Origin: Desulfurococcaceae archaeon
Lineage (GTDB): Archaea > Thermoproteota > Thermoprotei_A > Sulfolobales > Desulfurococcaceae
DNA: 64,000 bases
Assembly: GCA_038816475.1 (NCBI GenBank)
Contig: JAWBAI010000007.1
Span: 1 to 64,000, forward strand
Direction of reading: 5' to 3'
Within the stretch, counting starts at the first letter, position 1. Each line of letters starts with the position of its first letter. A program made the position numbers and the translations under genes. Under the pieces are notes generated by a model, which worked only from the letters and a program-made list of their open reading frames with translations, had not been told where the DNA came from and did no database searches. This document shows positions 39,880 through 49,426 of this stretch, in pieces.

Positions 39880-40620
39880 TCACCTTTCTATGCTCACATG
39901 CTCTTCGGGGATTGATAAGTAGAGAGCTATGGCTGTGAACCCGGCTGCCACAGCGACCGCCTCGAAGAGGTTGTACAGCATTATGCTTCCACTCAATGGT
40001 ATACCGAAGACATGGGATGGGTAGAACCTCTGATTTGTAACGAGTTCAAAACCCTTCAGTACGGGAAGAAACGCTACGATTCCAATTGAGGCTAGAGCTA
40101 GGCCTCTTACGGCGATGAGCTTAGCCGACGTTACATTTCTTGAGATAAAAGCGTTCAAGGTGAATACGGGAACAATCAGCATCGATGCTGTTGCAAGAGT
40201 GGATCCACCCTGGAAGCCGCCACCAGGAGTCAAGTGCCCGTGTAGTGCAATACATGCAGCTATCGTTGCTATGAGAACTACTATTATTCTAGTGGATGTC
40301 TTGGTGAGCTCTGTTAAGCCAACAGTTCTTGTCAAAGGCTTTGGGGTGGCTGCTCTGAAGATCGCGAGACCACCAACTAGTGCTAAGTACAGGACAACGG
40401 TTTCATAGATTGTGTCAAGACCTCTGTAATCCCATACAACAGCGGCAACAGCCTCGGGGCTAGCAGTATCATTGATTGTGTTCTTTACGTAGTACTTTCC
40501 AAGATCTCTCAGTGAACGTGGAACGTTCACTTCAACCAGAACAGTGATCACAAGGGGCAGTATGAGAGCTACGGCGAGGATAACTAGTAGAACCACAATG
40601 CGCCTACTCACGGGAACCAA
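39880..40620 (-). CDS. mnhB: Mrp/Mnh antiporter subunit B
   Basis: DYRGLDTIYE, GHLTPGGGFQGG. Confidence 0.92.
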   Translation of the reverse strand: MVPVSRRIVVLLVILAVALILPLVITVLVEVNVPRSLRDLGKYYVKNTINDTASPEAVAAVVWDYRGLDTIYETVVLYLALVGGLAIFRAATPKPLTRTVGLTELTKTSTRIIVVLIATIAACIALHGHLTPGGGFQGGSTLATASMLIVPVFTLNAFISRNVTSAKLIAVRGLALASIGIVAFLPVLKGFELVTNQRFYPSHVFGIPLSGSIMLYNLFEAVAVAAGFTAIALYLSIPEEHVSIER

Positions 40621-40876
40621 CCTCCTCGTACCTTTCTGTTTTACTAATAACGAAAACTACTAGTGCTGAGTAGAGCCCAACTGAGACGGCAACATAAGTC
40701 ATAGTAATGTCGGGTGCAGCCATAGTGTGCAGTAGTATGGAGTAGCATATGCTCTGTCCAGCTGAAAAGACAACAGCTTTCATTAAATCCCTCTCCGTTA
40801 CAGCCATGTATACGAACACGAGGCTTAGAACGGATGAAGCCAGTATTAGCAGTAGTGAAGTGATCACGAGCATCAC
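40604..40876 (-). CDS. Mrp antiporter MnhA/B-related small subunit (DUF4040, MbhD-like)
   Basis: AAPDITMT..AV motif; three TM helices. Confidence 0.8.
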   Translation of the reverse strand: MMLVITSLLLILASSVLSLVFVYMAVTERDLMKAVVFSAGQSICYSILLHTMAAPDITMTYVAVSVGLYSALVVFVISKTERYEEVGSRE

Positions 40877-41229
40877 CTGCTATCTTCTTCGAGCATGTCC
40901 ACTACGGGTTTCCACGCTACTGAACGTGACTTGTGAGCAGCGTACGCAAGTACGTGGCTTCCTATCGGGGCTACAATGAGTATTACTAATGCTGTAACAA
41001 AAGATGAACCAGCTATTATGAACCTTCCGGGTAGATCAGGGCTACCGATAGCCATGAGCGATATGCCTATTAGTGGGAGAACAGCTCCGTATATTGCTCC
41101 TATAGTTGCTGCATGTAGCCTCACGTAGAAATTGGGGAATCTGAGAAGACCTACTGATGCTATTAAATCGAACACTCCACCAGCAATAAATAAGCAGGAA
41201 CCAATCCAGAATAGTGCTGACTCGATCAC
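40873..41229 (-). CDS. mnhG: Mrp/Mnh antiporter subunit G
   Basis: GLLRFPNFYVRLHAAT, APIGSH; GTG start 41229 overlaps the mnhF stop. Confidence 0.9.
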   Translation of the reverse strand: MIESALFWIGSCLFIAGGVFDLIASVGLLRFPNFYVRLHAATIGAIYGAVLPLIGISLMAIGSPDLPGRFIIAGSSFVTALVILIVAPIGSHVLAYAAHKSRSVAWKPVVDMLEEDSR

Positions 41230-41504
41230 ACTCCCACCTCCTTTGCAATTAGATACTTTGAGACGTAGATGTCGAGGATGTAAGCCCACAGTGCTAGCAT
41301 AATAGGTGGAGCTACCATAAACGGCGTTCTGTAGTATAGAGAAAGAGCTGCTAGGAATACAGCTAAGTCGTAAGCTAAGCAGTCTGCGGCAAGCACCATG
41401 TCAGGTATCGTGGGACCACGTATAAGCCTAGTGGTGTACAAAACAACAGCCATTATGTACAAAGGTGCTCCAATGCTAATTACCAACTCGATATAGTTGC
41501 TCAT
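41226..41504 (-). CDS. mnhF: Mrp/Mnh antiporter subunit F
   Basis: RLIRGPTIPDMVLAAD motif. Confidence 0.9.
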   Translation of the reverse strand: MSNYIELVISIGAPLYIMAVVLYTTRLIRGPTIPDMVLAADCLAYDLAVFLAALSLYYRTPFMVAPPIMLALWAYILDIYVSKYLIAKEVGV

Positions 41505-41686
41505 ACGCTTTGACCCTTCCCGGGTAATAGACTAAACAGGGTGCAGGTAATATATGGTTTTCTGTATCGTTTAATGCGTTCTCCAGGCTCAGGTCTTAAT
41601 GCTCTCGTGTACCAGCTGAAAGCATTTAAAACACCTTGAATACTCTAACTCTACACGAGTAGTGCAATCTACCAAGGTGCTACTGC

Positions 41687-41989
41687 ATGTCCACGAGTAA
41701 ACCTGCACCGAAAAAACCCTCGCCAAAGAAACCTTCGAGAGAAGCCCCCAAGGTAACCATGAGTCTACGAACAACAGTAGACATTAATAGCATTGTTCAG
41801 AAGATCAAAAGCGATGTTGAAAAAGGAGCAGTTAAGTACTACACACCCCACACTCTGGCGCAAGCTATGAACATAAAGATAAGTGATGCTAAAAGAGCAC
41901 TCAGAGAAGCGGTTAACCAGGGTATTCTTAGGCTTTACAGCGGAGGTAGAAGATCCCCGATCTTTGTACCAGTAAAACACGCTCAGTAG
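41687..41989 (+). CDS. rps25e: 30S ribosomal protein S25e
   Basis: Lys/Pro-rich N-terminus, YTPHTLA...IKISDAKRALR wHTH. Confidence 0.85.
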   Translation: MSTSKPAPKKPSPKKPSREAPKVTMSLRTTVDINSIVQKIKSDVEKGAVKYYTPHTLAQAMNIKISDAKRALREAVNQGILRLYSGGRRSPIFVPVKHAQ

Positions 41990-42104
41990 GGTGCACAAAG
42001 CACAGCGGAATCAACGAAGGTGAACACCACGAGGATGACCACCCTGGATTTCATTTTAAAAGCAAAATAAATAAGCCCCCTCTATGTGATATCTAAATGG
42101 AACT

Positions 42105-42180
42105 GCGGCGGTCGTCTAGCCTGGACTAGGACGCCGGCCCCCCAAGCCGGAGATCCCGGGTTCAAATCCCGGCCGCCGCA
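42105..42180 (+). tRNA. tRNA-Gly (CCC), with C at position 33
   Basis: GCGGCGG acceptor stem, CCGGC-CCCCCAA-GCCGG anticodon arm, GTTCAAATC. Confidence 0.93.
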
Positions 42181-42284
42181 TACCACAACAAGGGGCGCAA
42201 TTCTTGTGGTGGCAACATCGATAATAAGGATTTGCCCCAAGAGTTACTTAGGGTGTGAAACTGTTTTGATGTGCTAGGTTTATA

Positions 42285-42463
42285 TAGGTTTTTGTGGGAT
42301 TCTTTTCACGATGATGAGGGGTGGTGCTTTGAGATACCTGAATGTGAGCTCTGTGGCGTTGGGCTCGAAGGGTGCTCATGACCCTCGCGTAGAGTGGCTA
42401 GTAGCCGCCGTGAACAGCGGGGCAAGAGGCACAACCCGCTCTAGGAAAACCCACAAAAACCTA
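42285..42463 (+). ncRNA. Structured ncRNA candidate bounded by a 14-bp inverted repeat
   Basis: TAGGTTTTTGTGGG / CCCACAAAAACCTA; internal C box ATGATGA and three GC-rich hairpins; no ORF. Confidence 0.5.
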
Positions 42464-42474
42464 AAGCGGGAAAC

Positions 42475-42530
42475 GGGATGATGTAAATAGTGGTCTATGA
42501 AGAGTGATTAAACTCCCATGGGCTGACCTC
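42475..42530 (+). ncRNA. Box C/D sRNA, sR1-like (16S 5' domain)
   Basis: ATGATGT, D' ATGA, C' GTGATTA, D CTGA; D guide AACTCCCATGG pairs with crenarchaeal 16S CCATGGGAGT; D' guide ATAGTGGTC pairs with GACCGCTAT. Confidence 0.82.
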
Positions 42531-42532
42531 AA

Positions 42533-42946
42533 ATGTCAACGCATACAAGGAAAAGGAAGCTTTCAGTTAAAGGTTCCACGGAGATATTCTCAAGGATAAA
42601 CCTTATACTAGCCGAATTTCTGCCCGCGATATACGAGTACAACAGTATGATAAAGCACACAGGTTTTTACCTCAAGCCTGTTCACATCACAACGAGAAGA
42701 TTACAGGATGGAACTTACGTCAAGTACTGCTACTACGGACGGTACTGGTACAGGCTCGAAAAAGTATCCCCGAGCAGGATCAAGTGGGTCTATGTAGGTC
42801 GTGAAAAACCAAGTCCACAATTACCGGATCCACCACCCAACATACTCGAGGGTGTTGTCGTTAAGAAGTACAATGGAGAGGTTGAAATAGAGTTCGCTAG
42901 CGAAGAGCTTTTCAGAGAAATCTCCAAGCGGCTTTATCAGATCTAA
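42533..42946 (+). CDS. Conserved hypothetical basic/aromatic protein
   Basis: GFYLKPVH, YYGRYWY, WVYVGREKP. Confidence 0.7.
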   Translation: MSTHTRKRKLSVKGSTEIFSRINLILAEFLPAIYEYNSMIKHTGFYLKPVHITTRRLQDGTYVKYCYYGRYWYRLEKVSPSRIKWVYVGREKPSPQLPDPPPNILEGVVVKKYNGEVEIEFASEELFREISKRLYQI

Positions 42947-43045
42947 CCATGCTCATGCGGATCTTTCTACAATGAACACTACGACGACGTTGTTATTTAA
43001 TTACCCTGAGCTCTATCTAAGTAGAGATCGTGAAGCGGTGTTAAC

Positions 43046-44167
43046 ATGGATGGTAAAGCGGCTACTAGCGGTGTGCTTTACTTCATACTGACAAGCATGA
43101 TCATATACTCCACTTTGATATCACTAGGCATTGTAGCACACATAACGTACAAGCAACGAAGAAGCGCAAGTAAAGCTAGCAACTTTGAAATAGTCATTGT
43201 CTCGAAAGCTGACAGTAAAGTCAAAAAAAGTCTTCTAGAATCCGTGAAGTACCATGTAGGCAGATTCAGTAAAGTAGTAGTGGTTGTTGATGAGGGTGCT
43301 GAACTTATACCTTATCTCAGGTCGATTAAGGGTGTAAAGCTAGTCGTGGTTCCTTCGAACTACAGAAGAGATCTGGTTGGTAAAGGGAGAGCTCTTCAGT
43401 ACTTCGTTGACTGTTGCGTTGATTCATCCAAGTGGTACGTGTTCATAGACGATGACAACCTGATCATAGGGGACGACTTTCAGCACGAAATCCCCGAGTA
43501 CGAGAGAATGGGGTATGTTGCAGCCAACGGCATACTCGTACCGAGACCCGGTAAAAGCACTCTTGCATACGTAATGGACTGGATAAGGTTTATAGACGAT
43601 CTTCTTATTTACAGGTTTTTCACAGGTCTCTTGGCAAGACCTCTCCTCGGATTGCACGGAGACCTTTTGATCGTTAAGGGGTCTGTGCTCAAGGAAATAG
43701 GCTTTGGCAGGAGAAGCTTAACGGAAGACTTCGACTTCGCCGCGGAGTTAGTTAAACGAGGTTACAAAACGTGGCAGAGCAACACAAAGGTCTCTATAAA
43801 AAGTCCCAACAGCCTAAAGGACCTTGTACTGCAGAGAGGAAGATGGTTTAAGGGGATTATATCCGGAATCAGGCACTGCCCAGCTGGAATGAAGCTTGTA
43901 GTTTTACTGAGAAGCTTCACCTTCGGTGTGGGCTTTTTCATGCTAGCCGTAATTCTACCTATTCTATCACAGCTGGGTTACACGTGGTTCATACTCCCTG
44001 CTCTTCCTGGAAGCTTGTACTATGTGGGTACGTACACGTATGGCGCGTACAAGGCCAAGCGCTTACACTTAGTGCTACTTGCACCGATCATGGGCATAAT
44101 TGAAGCCATGTCCAGGCTCTACGGACTTCTGCTCGTTAAAGACTACGTGATTATAGACAAGAACTAG
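43046..44167 (+). CDS. Glycosyltransferase family 2, membrane
   Basis: KGRAL, FIDDD, TEDF, QRGRW motifs plus TM helices. Confidence 0.9.
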   Translation: MDGKAATSGVLYFILTSMIIYSTLISLGIVAHITYKQRRSASKASNFEIVIVSKADSKVKKSLLESVKYHVGRFSKVVVVVDEGAELIPYLRSIKGVKLVVVPSNYRRDLVGKGRALQYFVDCCVDSSKWYVFIDDDNLIIGDDFQHEIPEYERMGYVAANGILVPRPGKSTLAYVMDWIRFIDDLLIYRFFTGLLARPLLGLHGDLLIVKGSVLKEIGFGRRSLTEDFDFAAELVKRGYKTWQSNTKVSIKSPNSLKDLVLQRGRWFKGIISGIRHCPAGMKLVVLLRSFTFGVGFFMLAVILPILSQLGYTWFILPALPGSLYYVGTYTYGAYKAKRLHLVLLAPIMGIIEAMSRLYGLLLVKDYVIIDKN

Positions 44168-44177
44168 GGATCACGTC

Positions 44178-45347
44178 TTGATCGGGGAGTTCAGCTTCAG
44201 GTATAACGACGTGGTTCTTCACTTCGGAGTTGGTGTACTCAAGAAAATCTTCACGCGAGTAGTCAGCGGTCACAGCAATGCACTAGTAATATCCTCGAGA
44301 ACAGCTGCTCGTGTATCCGGAGCCTTGGAAGACGTAACGAGTGCTCTGAGAAGCGCTGGAGTGAGTTACATAATCTATGACAAGATACTGCCAAACCCCG
44401 ATACGGAAACAGCTGATACCGTTATCGACATCGCGAAGCGTGAAAATGTGGACCTGGTGATCGGTATTGGAGGTGGAAGCGTTATTGATGTAGCAAAGGT
44501 CGTATCCTTAGCTGCTACCACGGAGCTGAGATCCATTGACTTAATTAGAGGATCTAAGCAGACTCGAGCTTCAGCTGATACGCTGAAACTAGTTGCTGTA
44601 AACCTGACCCACGGCACAGGCTCCGAGGTGAACAGGTTTGCTGTTCTCACCGTAAAGGGTACCATTGAGAAACGCGGTTTCACGGCTAGGTACCCGGACG
44701 TGAGCTTCGATGATCCATACTATACTAGAACACTGGACAGAAACCAGTCTATCTATACATCACTGGATGCGTTTTACCACGCGTACGAGTCGGCTACATC
44801 TAGGAGAACAAACATAATGGTTTCATCGCTCGCGCAGATAGCTATTACCCATATAGTAGAATCACTTCCAAAAGTCCTCGAAGACCCTAGTTGTATTGAG
44901 CTCAGAGCTAGGCTACTTTACGCTTCGATGATCGCCGGTCTCGCTGTTGATATAGCTGGGGGGTCCCACCTAAACCACGCACTAGAGCATGGGTTTAGCG
45001 GGTTACAGCCTAAGCTACCTCACGGAGCAGGATTAGCCATGTTTGGACCAACGGTAATCTACTACACTCACAAGGCTGTGCCGGAGGTTTCAGCGAGGTT
45101 ACTTAAAGCTCTCGATCCATCGATAAAACCTATTTCCGATGATGCGGAGAAAGCTAGAAAAATCGTTGAGGATTTCCAAAAATCGATCGGATTCTCGGAG
45201 AGGCTGAGCGACTACGGTATTTCAGAGAAGGATGTTGCCCCTGTACTCGACTTTGTGGAGAGAACTATAGTTGAGCGGTATCATGCTAATATACCATTCA
45301 CCGTCAGCAGAGGAATGCTCGAGAGAATAGTTCTAAGTGTGCTCTAG
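44178..45347 (+). CDS. Iron-containing alcohol dehydrogenase
   Basis: GGGSVIDVAK, THGTGSE, DAFYHAYE, HALEH, PHG. Confidence 0.93.
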   Translation: MIGEFSFRYNDVVLHFGVGVLKKIFTRVVSGHSNALVISSRTAARVSGALEDVTSALRSAGVSYIIYDKILPNPDTETADTVIDIAKRENVDLVIGIGGGSVIDVAKVVSLAATTELRSIDLIRGSKQTRASADTLKLVAVNLTHGTGSEVNRFAVLTVKGTIEKRGFTARYPDVSFDDPYYTRTLDRNQSIYTSLDAFYHAYESATSRRTNIMVSSLAQIAITHIVESLPKVLEDPSCIELRARLLYASMIAGLAVDIAGGSHLNHALEHGFSGLQPKLPHGAGLAMFGPTVIYYTHKAVPEVSARLLKALDPSIKPISDDAEKARKIVEDFQKSIGFSERLSDYGISEKDVAPVLDFVERTIVERYHANIPFTVSRGMLERIVLSVL

Positions 45348-45364
45348 ACAACGGCTTCACTATG

Positions 45365-46579
45365 CTAAGCTTGAAACGTTCCTTGGTCTAACCCGTACCT
45401 ATACGAGATTTTTCTAACAATTCTCGAGAAGTTTCTTAGCAATACTTCCTTTTCACGATCACCAGTCTTGATACTAGCTAGAACATTTGCGAAGAACTCT
45501 ATTGTCTTATCCACATCCTTTGGTTTAATCCTGTAGGGAACTCCGTCTTTGCCTCCATGAGCATAGGCGTAGAGGAAGGGGTCCAACGGGTGTGTTGTGG
45601 GATCCTTGAACGATGGTTCATAACCGTAGATCAGATCAGCTACTAGTGCTATTGCTCTCAGAGTCTCCGGACCAAGCCCGGGTATCAGTAGTAGCTCGCT
45701 GAATTCACGTAGAGCAGCTTTCTTGATCTCCTCTGCTACTTTCTCAACGTTCCTAGTGTTCACAACGGGTCTGTAGAAGAGAGGACACTTCGATACCTTA
45801 ACCCCTAGTTCACCCGGTTGTGTGCTTATTACTCCTTTTACGTAGTCCTCAAGACTGGGTAATCTCCTAAGGGCTCTGTTAACACGGTGTACATCATGGA
45901 TAAGAGAGACTACCGGGGTTGATTGTAGAATGTCCAGTATAGCTTTCCTAGTACTTCTGGACTCTCCGTTTACGAGGTTCAACGCTGGAGCTGTGATCAT
46001 GGATGCTACGCCGCTGTGCGGGTCATCGTCTATGGTGTACACTCCTGGTTTCTCGAGGAGAATATGGTATCGTCTTGCAAGCCTGGTGTCCAGGTTCATA
46101 CCCTGCTGAACAACTAGCAAACCGTTTTCTGTGACAAGCACACCGTGGATGTAGAGAGTGTAACCGTCCTGAAGAGCAACAGAATCCACCTTAGCCGAGA
46201 GCCTGCTAGTTAGAACCACCTGTTCAGGGTCTACGAGGTCTCTTAGATAACCCGCTTCTTCTGGTATTTTCCTTGCATCACCACCTTTGCCCCCTAGAAC
46301 AGCGAGCCCTTCCTCGCGAGCCGATTCCGGCGGAAAAGAACTCTTGAGAACGTAGAGAACAATCGTTGTAGACCCACTACTATCCCAATCCATACCTATA
46401 ACGTTGTTGAAAGCTTGAAACCAAAGAGGATCCGCTAGTCTTTCCAGGAGCACCCGTGGACCATAGGTCTCAACAATGAACCTGGCTATTAAGGAGCCAA
46501 GCTTTTTCATTCTCCTAAGTAATGCTTCAGGTACATGACCATTGTGCAGTGGAAGCTCAGCAATACCTTCTAGGAGCAT
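45365..46579 (-). CDS. DUF763 family protein
   Basis: LPLHNGHVP, DPLWFQA, GMDWDSSG, VVQQGMN, AHGGKDGVPY. Confidence 0.9.
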   Translation of the reverse strand: MLLEGIAELPLHNGHVPEALLRRMKKLGSLIARFIVETYGPRVLLERLADPLWFQAFNNVIGMDWDSSGSTTIVLYVLKSSFPPESAREEGLAVLGGKGGDARKIPEEAGYLRDLVDPEQVVLTSRLSAKVDSVALQDGYTLYIHGVLVTENGLLVVQQGMNLDTRLARRYHILLEKPGVYTIDDDPHSGVASMITAPALNLVNGESRSTRKAILDILQSTPVVSLIHDVHRVNRALRRLPSLEDYVKGVISTQPGELGVKVSKCPLFYRPVVNTRNVEKVAEEIKKAALREFSELLLIPGLGPETLRAIALVADLIYGYEPSFKDPTTHPLDPFLYAYAHGGKDGVPYRIKPKDVDKTIEFFANVLASIKTGDREKEVLLRNFSRIVRKISYRYGLDQGTFQA

Positions 46580-46906
46580 GATCGCTTCTACCAGTTTACG
46601 GCTTCTCCACTATTACACCCACATTAATATACTTGGAAATGCAAGCCATATAAATGGGCTGTTTTCAGAGAAAAGCTCATACTAGGAGCTAATAGCAGTC
46701 TGTGTTATTACGTTGAAACCAAGCTCTCGAATATCCCTACTAAAGCCGATCTGAGTGGTGTACTACATTTAGCTAACATCATTAAGAGAAAAAAGCTTAC
46801 AACTGATGAAGGTTCTATCGGTATAACTAGTTAGTTTAGTGAAATTAAGGAGCAAGCTGTAACGAAGAATGTTATGTAAATTGCTTTATCTTATTTTAGG
46901 AGTCAT

Positions 46907-48805
46907 CTACGTACTTCGTGTTTTGAACAATAACGTTACGAGCTCATCACTACATTTCTCGAGAAGACTACTTCTCGACTCTTTGTATTTATCGATTATG
47001 GCTCTTGGAGCTCGAAGTACTACGCTGGGTTCTGCTATAGGACCAACACCTGTTCTCACGCTTTTCCTAACGTCCTCAGGGTTTCTTTCGCAATCGTACA
47101 AGACAACTATGCCTTCGAATCTAAACTCATCCATGCACTTAACAACAGCTGCGCGAACTCCAAGTAGGTTTTCAAGTGCATTTTCGATGGCACCGGGGCT
47201 TAACCTGTACCCGCTCACCTTTAGTACTCCATCTAGTCTACCGAGAAGATAAACGTAACCGTCCTCCGCTACCACACCGTAGTCACCTGTTCTGTAGAAA
47301 CCGTTTGACCACTTAGCCTCGAACTCTACTGGGTATTCAACCGGCATTGATGGCCATGGGTTTTTAATAACGATCTCTCCAAGCTCGTTTACAACAGATT
47401 TACCTTCCTTGTTCACAACCTCAACGATGAAGCCGGGTATTGGTGGACCAGCTGAGCCCGGCGCTATAGGTGGAAACACGAAGTTCGGTAGGTTACCCGT
47501 GATGAACGTTCCAACCTCGCTCTGAATGTAGAGGTTTACAACGGGTATTCTACCACTGAGGTTCTCAGGCGTGGATGTGAGTAGTGGTGTTTTACCTGTT
47601 CCCACAACACGGTACGTCCACCACCATGTATCAACCTCTAGTGGTTCAGCTGTTACGAGGATTGCTTTCAGCGTGTCGAAGTTGTGATTTAGCACGTAGC
47701 TGTCACCTATTCTGGACAGTATTCTGAGAGCACTGCTCGTTGTTAGGAACAGTGTTACAGCGTAGTCTTCGAGAATAGTCCACCATCTATCCCACGATGG
47801 GTAATCCGGTCCTCCATCGTACAACACTACAGTTGAACCCATCATTAGTGGGCCGAAAACAACGTAGCTTACACCTGTAATCCAGCCGGGCCATACCGTG
47901 CAGAAGTAGGTATCACGTGGTCTAAGACCGATCCACCTAGAAGTCGAGAAGACCTGAACAAGGAATCCACCAACAGGGTGTGTTATAGGCTTATGGTCCT
48001 CAACGTAACCACTGTGCAATCCGAACAAAGGATGACCGCTCTCCGCTACGTAGTCCTCTACGCTGTTACCACCGCTCTTCAGAAAGTCCGCGAAAGATAA
48101 CTCGTTGCTCCTCAGCGCAGGTGAACCGAGACGCTCGTACACAACTAGTATCAACGATTGCTTCACAAGCTCCAGTGCTCTTCTAGCTGTTGTCAGCGTA
48201 TCCACCTGTTTACCTCTGCGGTAGAAACCATCTGATACGAACAAAACCTTGGGTCTTCGGCTCGCAACCCTCTTAGCTAACTCGTAATACCCGAAACCTG
48301 TGAACACAGGCTCGAATGGGGCTCCCAGCTTAACGGCCGCCAGCATTGATGCTATCGACTCCGGTAGTGGTGGTGCGTATAGCATTACCCAATCTCCTGG
48401 TTTAACACCAAGTGCTTTGAGACTACTCGCTATCCTCTGAACTAGCTCATCGAGATCCGCGTACGTTAAAACTCTAGACACCCCTTCTTCACCCTCCCAT
48501 ATCAGGGCTGGTTTACCCCAGGTTCTGTTATCACTCCGATGGCATCCAATGATGTTGTAGTATGCACTCAGTTTACCATCGGTAAACCACATCATTCTCG
48601 GTGGTTTACCCTCGTAAATGCTACTCCAGGGTTTAACCCAGTAAAGGTATTCTGCTTCGCGAGCCCAGAAGCCAAAGGGGTCCTTCACGCTGTTCAAGTA
48701 TATTCTCTTGTACTCCTCCACTGTGACAGTTTTCCACTTCATGGATGGCGGTACTACTCTTTCACTACTGTAGAAAAGTTTAAGTCTTTTCTCAACGTAG
48801 GACAT
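46907..48805 (-). CDS. Acetyl-CoA synthetase-like AMP-binding protein (degenerate)
   Basis: Acs-like N-terminus (DP.GFW, WF..G.L), GWITG.SY, YRTGD, GRLD..LKVSGYRL; P-loop and C-terminal Lys motif eroded. Confidence 0.8.
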   Translation of the reverse strand: MSYVEKRLKLFYSSERVVPPSMKWKTVTVEEYKRIYLNSVKDPFGFWAREAEYLYWVKPWSSIYEGKPPRMMWFTDGKLSAYYNIIGCHRSDNRTWGKPALIWEGEEGVSRVLTYADLDELVQRIASSLKALGVKPGDWVMLYAPPLPESIASMLAAVKLGAPFEPVFTGFGYYELAKRVASRRPKVLFVSDGFYRRGKQVDTLTTARRALELVKQSLILVVYERLGSPALRSNELSFADFLKSGGNSVEDYVAESGHPLFGLHSGYVEDHKPITHPVGGFLVQVFSTSRWIGLRPRDTYFCTVWPGWITGVSYVVFGPLMMGSTVVLYDGGPDYPSWDRWWTILEDYAVTLFLTTSSALRILSRIGDSYVLNHNFDTLKAILVTAEPLEVDTWWWTYRVVGTGKTPLLTSTPENLSGRIPVVNLYIQSEVGTFITGNLPNFVFPPIAPGSAGPPIPGFIVEVVNKEGKSVVNELGEIVIKNPWPSMPVEYPVEFEAKWSNGFYRTGDYGVVAEDGYVYLLGRLDGVLKVSGYRLSPGAIENALENLLGVRAAVVKCMDEFRFEGIVVLYDCERNPEDVRKSVRTGVGPIAEPSVVLRAPRAIIDKYKESRSSLLEKCSDELVTLLFKTRST

Positions 48806-48808
48806 GGT

Positions 48809-49417
48809 TCAGCTCCTCCTTAGTAGTACTATCTGCGTGTAGGGCTGTGACATATCCCTGAACCTGTAGTAGTCTCTAAGACTAGTGTAGTGTACTGGAA
48901 TAGTCACAGCGGGTCTAGCAGAACTCACGAGCTCAACAGCTTCCTCCGGAGTCATCACGCATCCACCACCGATCGGCACGAGGAGAACATCGGCTTTTTC
49001 AGCAGCCTCCGCGACCTCTGGAACAAGGTTTGAGTCTCCAACGTAGTATACGGATAAACCATCGCGGAAACTTAGGAGAAACCCTACTCCAAGACCCCTA
49101 GGATGAGGTGGTGTACCCTCGTAGAGCTCTGGTTCATTGTAAGCTTCGACAGCAACTACTCTGATGTTACCCAGGTCTAGGAGATCGTTGGGCCTTACAA
49201 TTCTACCGGCAAAGGGTGAGATCAGCCTATCTTCAGGTAAGGTCTTCACGCTGTCTCCGCAGTGCTTAGCGTGGTTGTGCGTGCAGAGAACATATGTGCA
49301 ATCATCGAGTTCTTCACCAGGGTCAATGCACAACTTAACACCTCTGTACTCGAGCAGAGCACCAGTGTACCCTCTTGTTGATATTCTCACGCTTCGAACT
49401 ATCAGAGCTCTAGGCAA
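48809..49417 (-). CDS. MBL-fold metallo-hydrolase (UPF0173-like)
   Basis: IDP, THNHAKH, YYVGDS, PIGG..VM, IPVHY. Confidence 0.8.
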   Translation of the reverse strand: MPRALIVRSVRISTRGYTGALLEYRGVKLCIDPGEELDDCTYVLCTHNHAKHCGDSVKTLPEDRLISPFAGRIVRPNDLLDLGNIRVVAVEAYNEPELYEGTPPHPRGLGVGFLLSFRDGLSVYYVGDSNLVPEVAEAAEKADVLLVPIGGGCVMTPEEAVELVSSARPAVTIPVHYTSLRDYYRFRDMSQPYTQIVLLRRS

Positions 49418-49426
49418 AACTTTTAC

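Noticed and set aside
42311-42400. TPP riboswitch (GGGGTG...TGAGA...ACC)
   Set aside because: Lacks the CTGAGA and CCTGATC...GCGTAGGGA core geometry and is not upstream of thiamine genes
46631-46832. Open frame of about 68 codons in the DUF763-Acs intergenic
   Set aside because: No start codon and no recognisable motif
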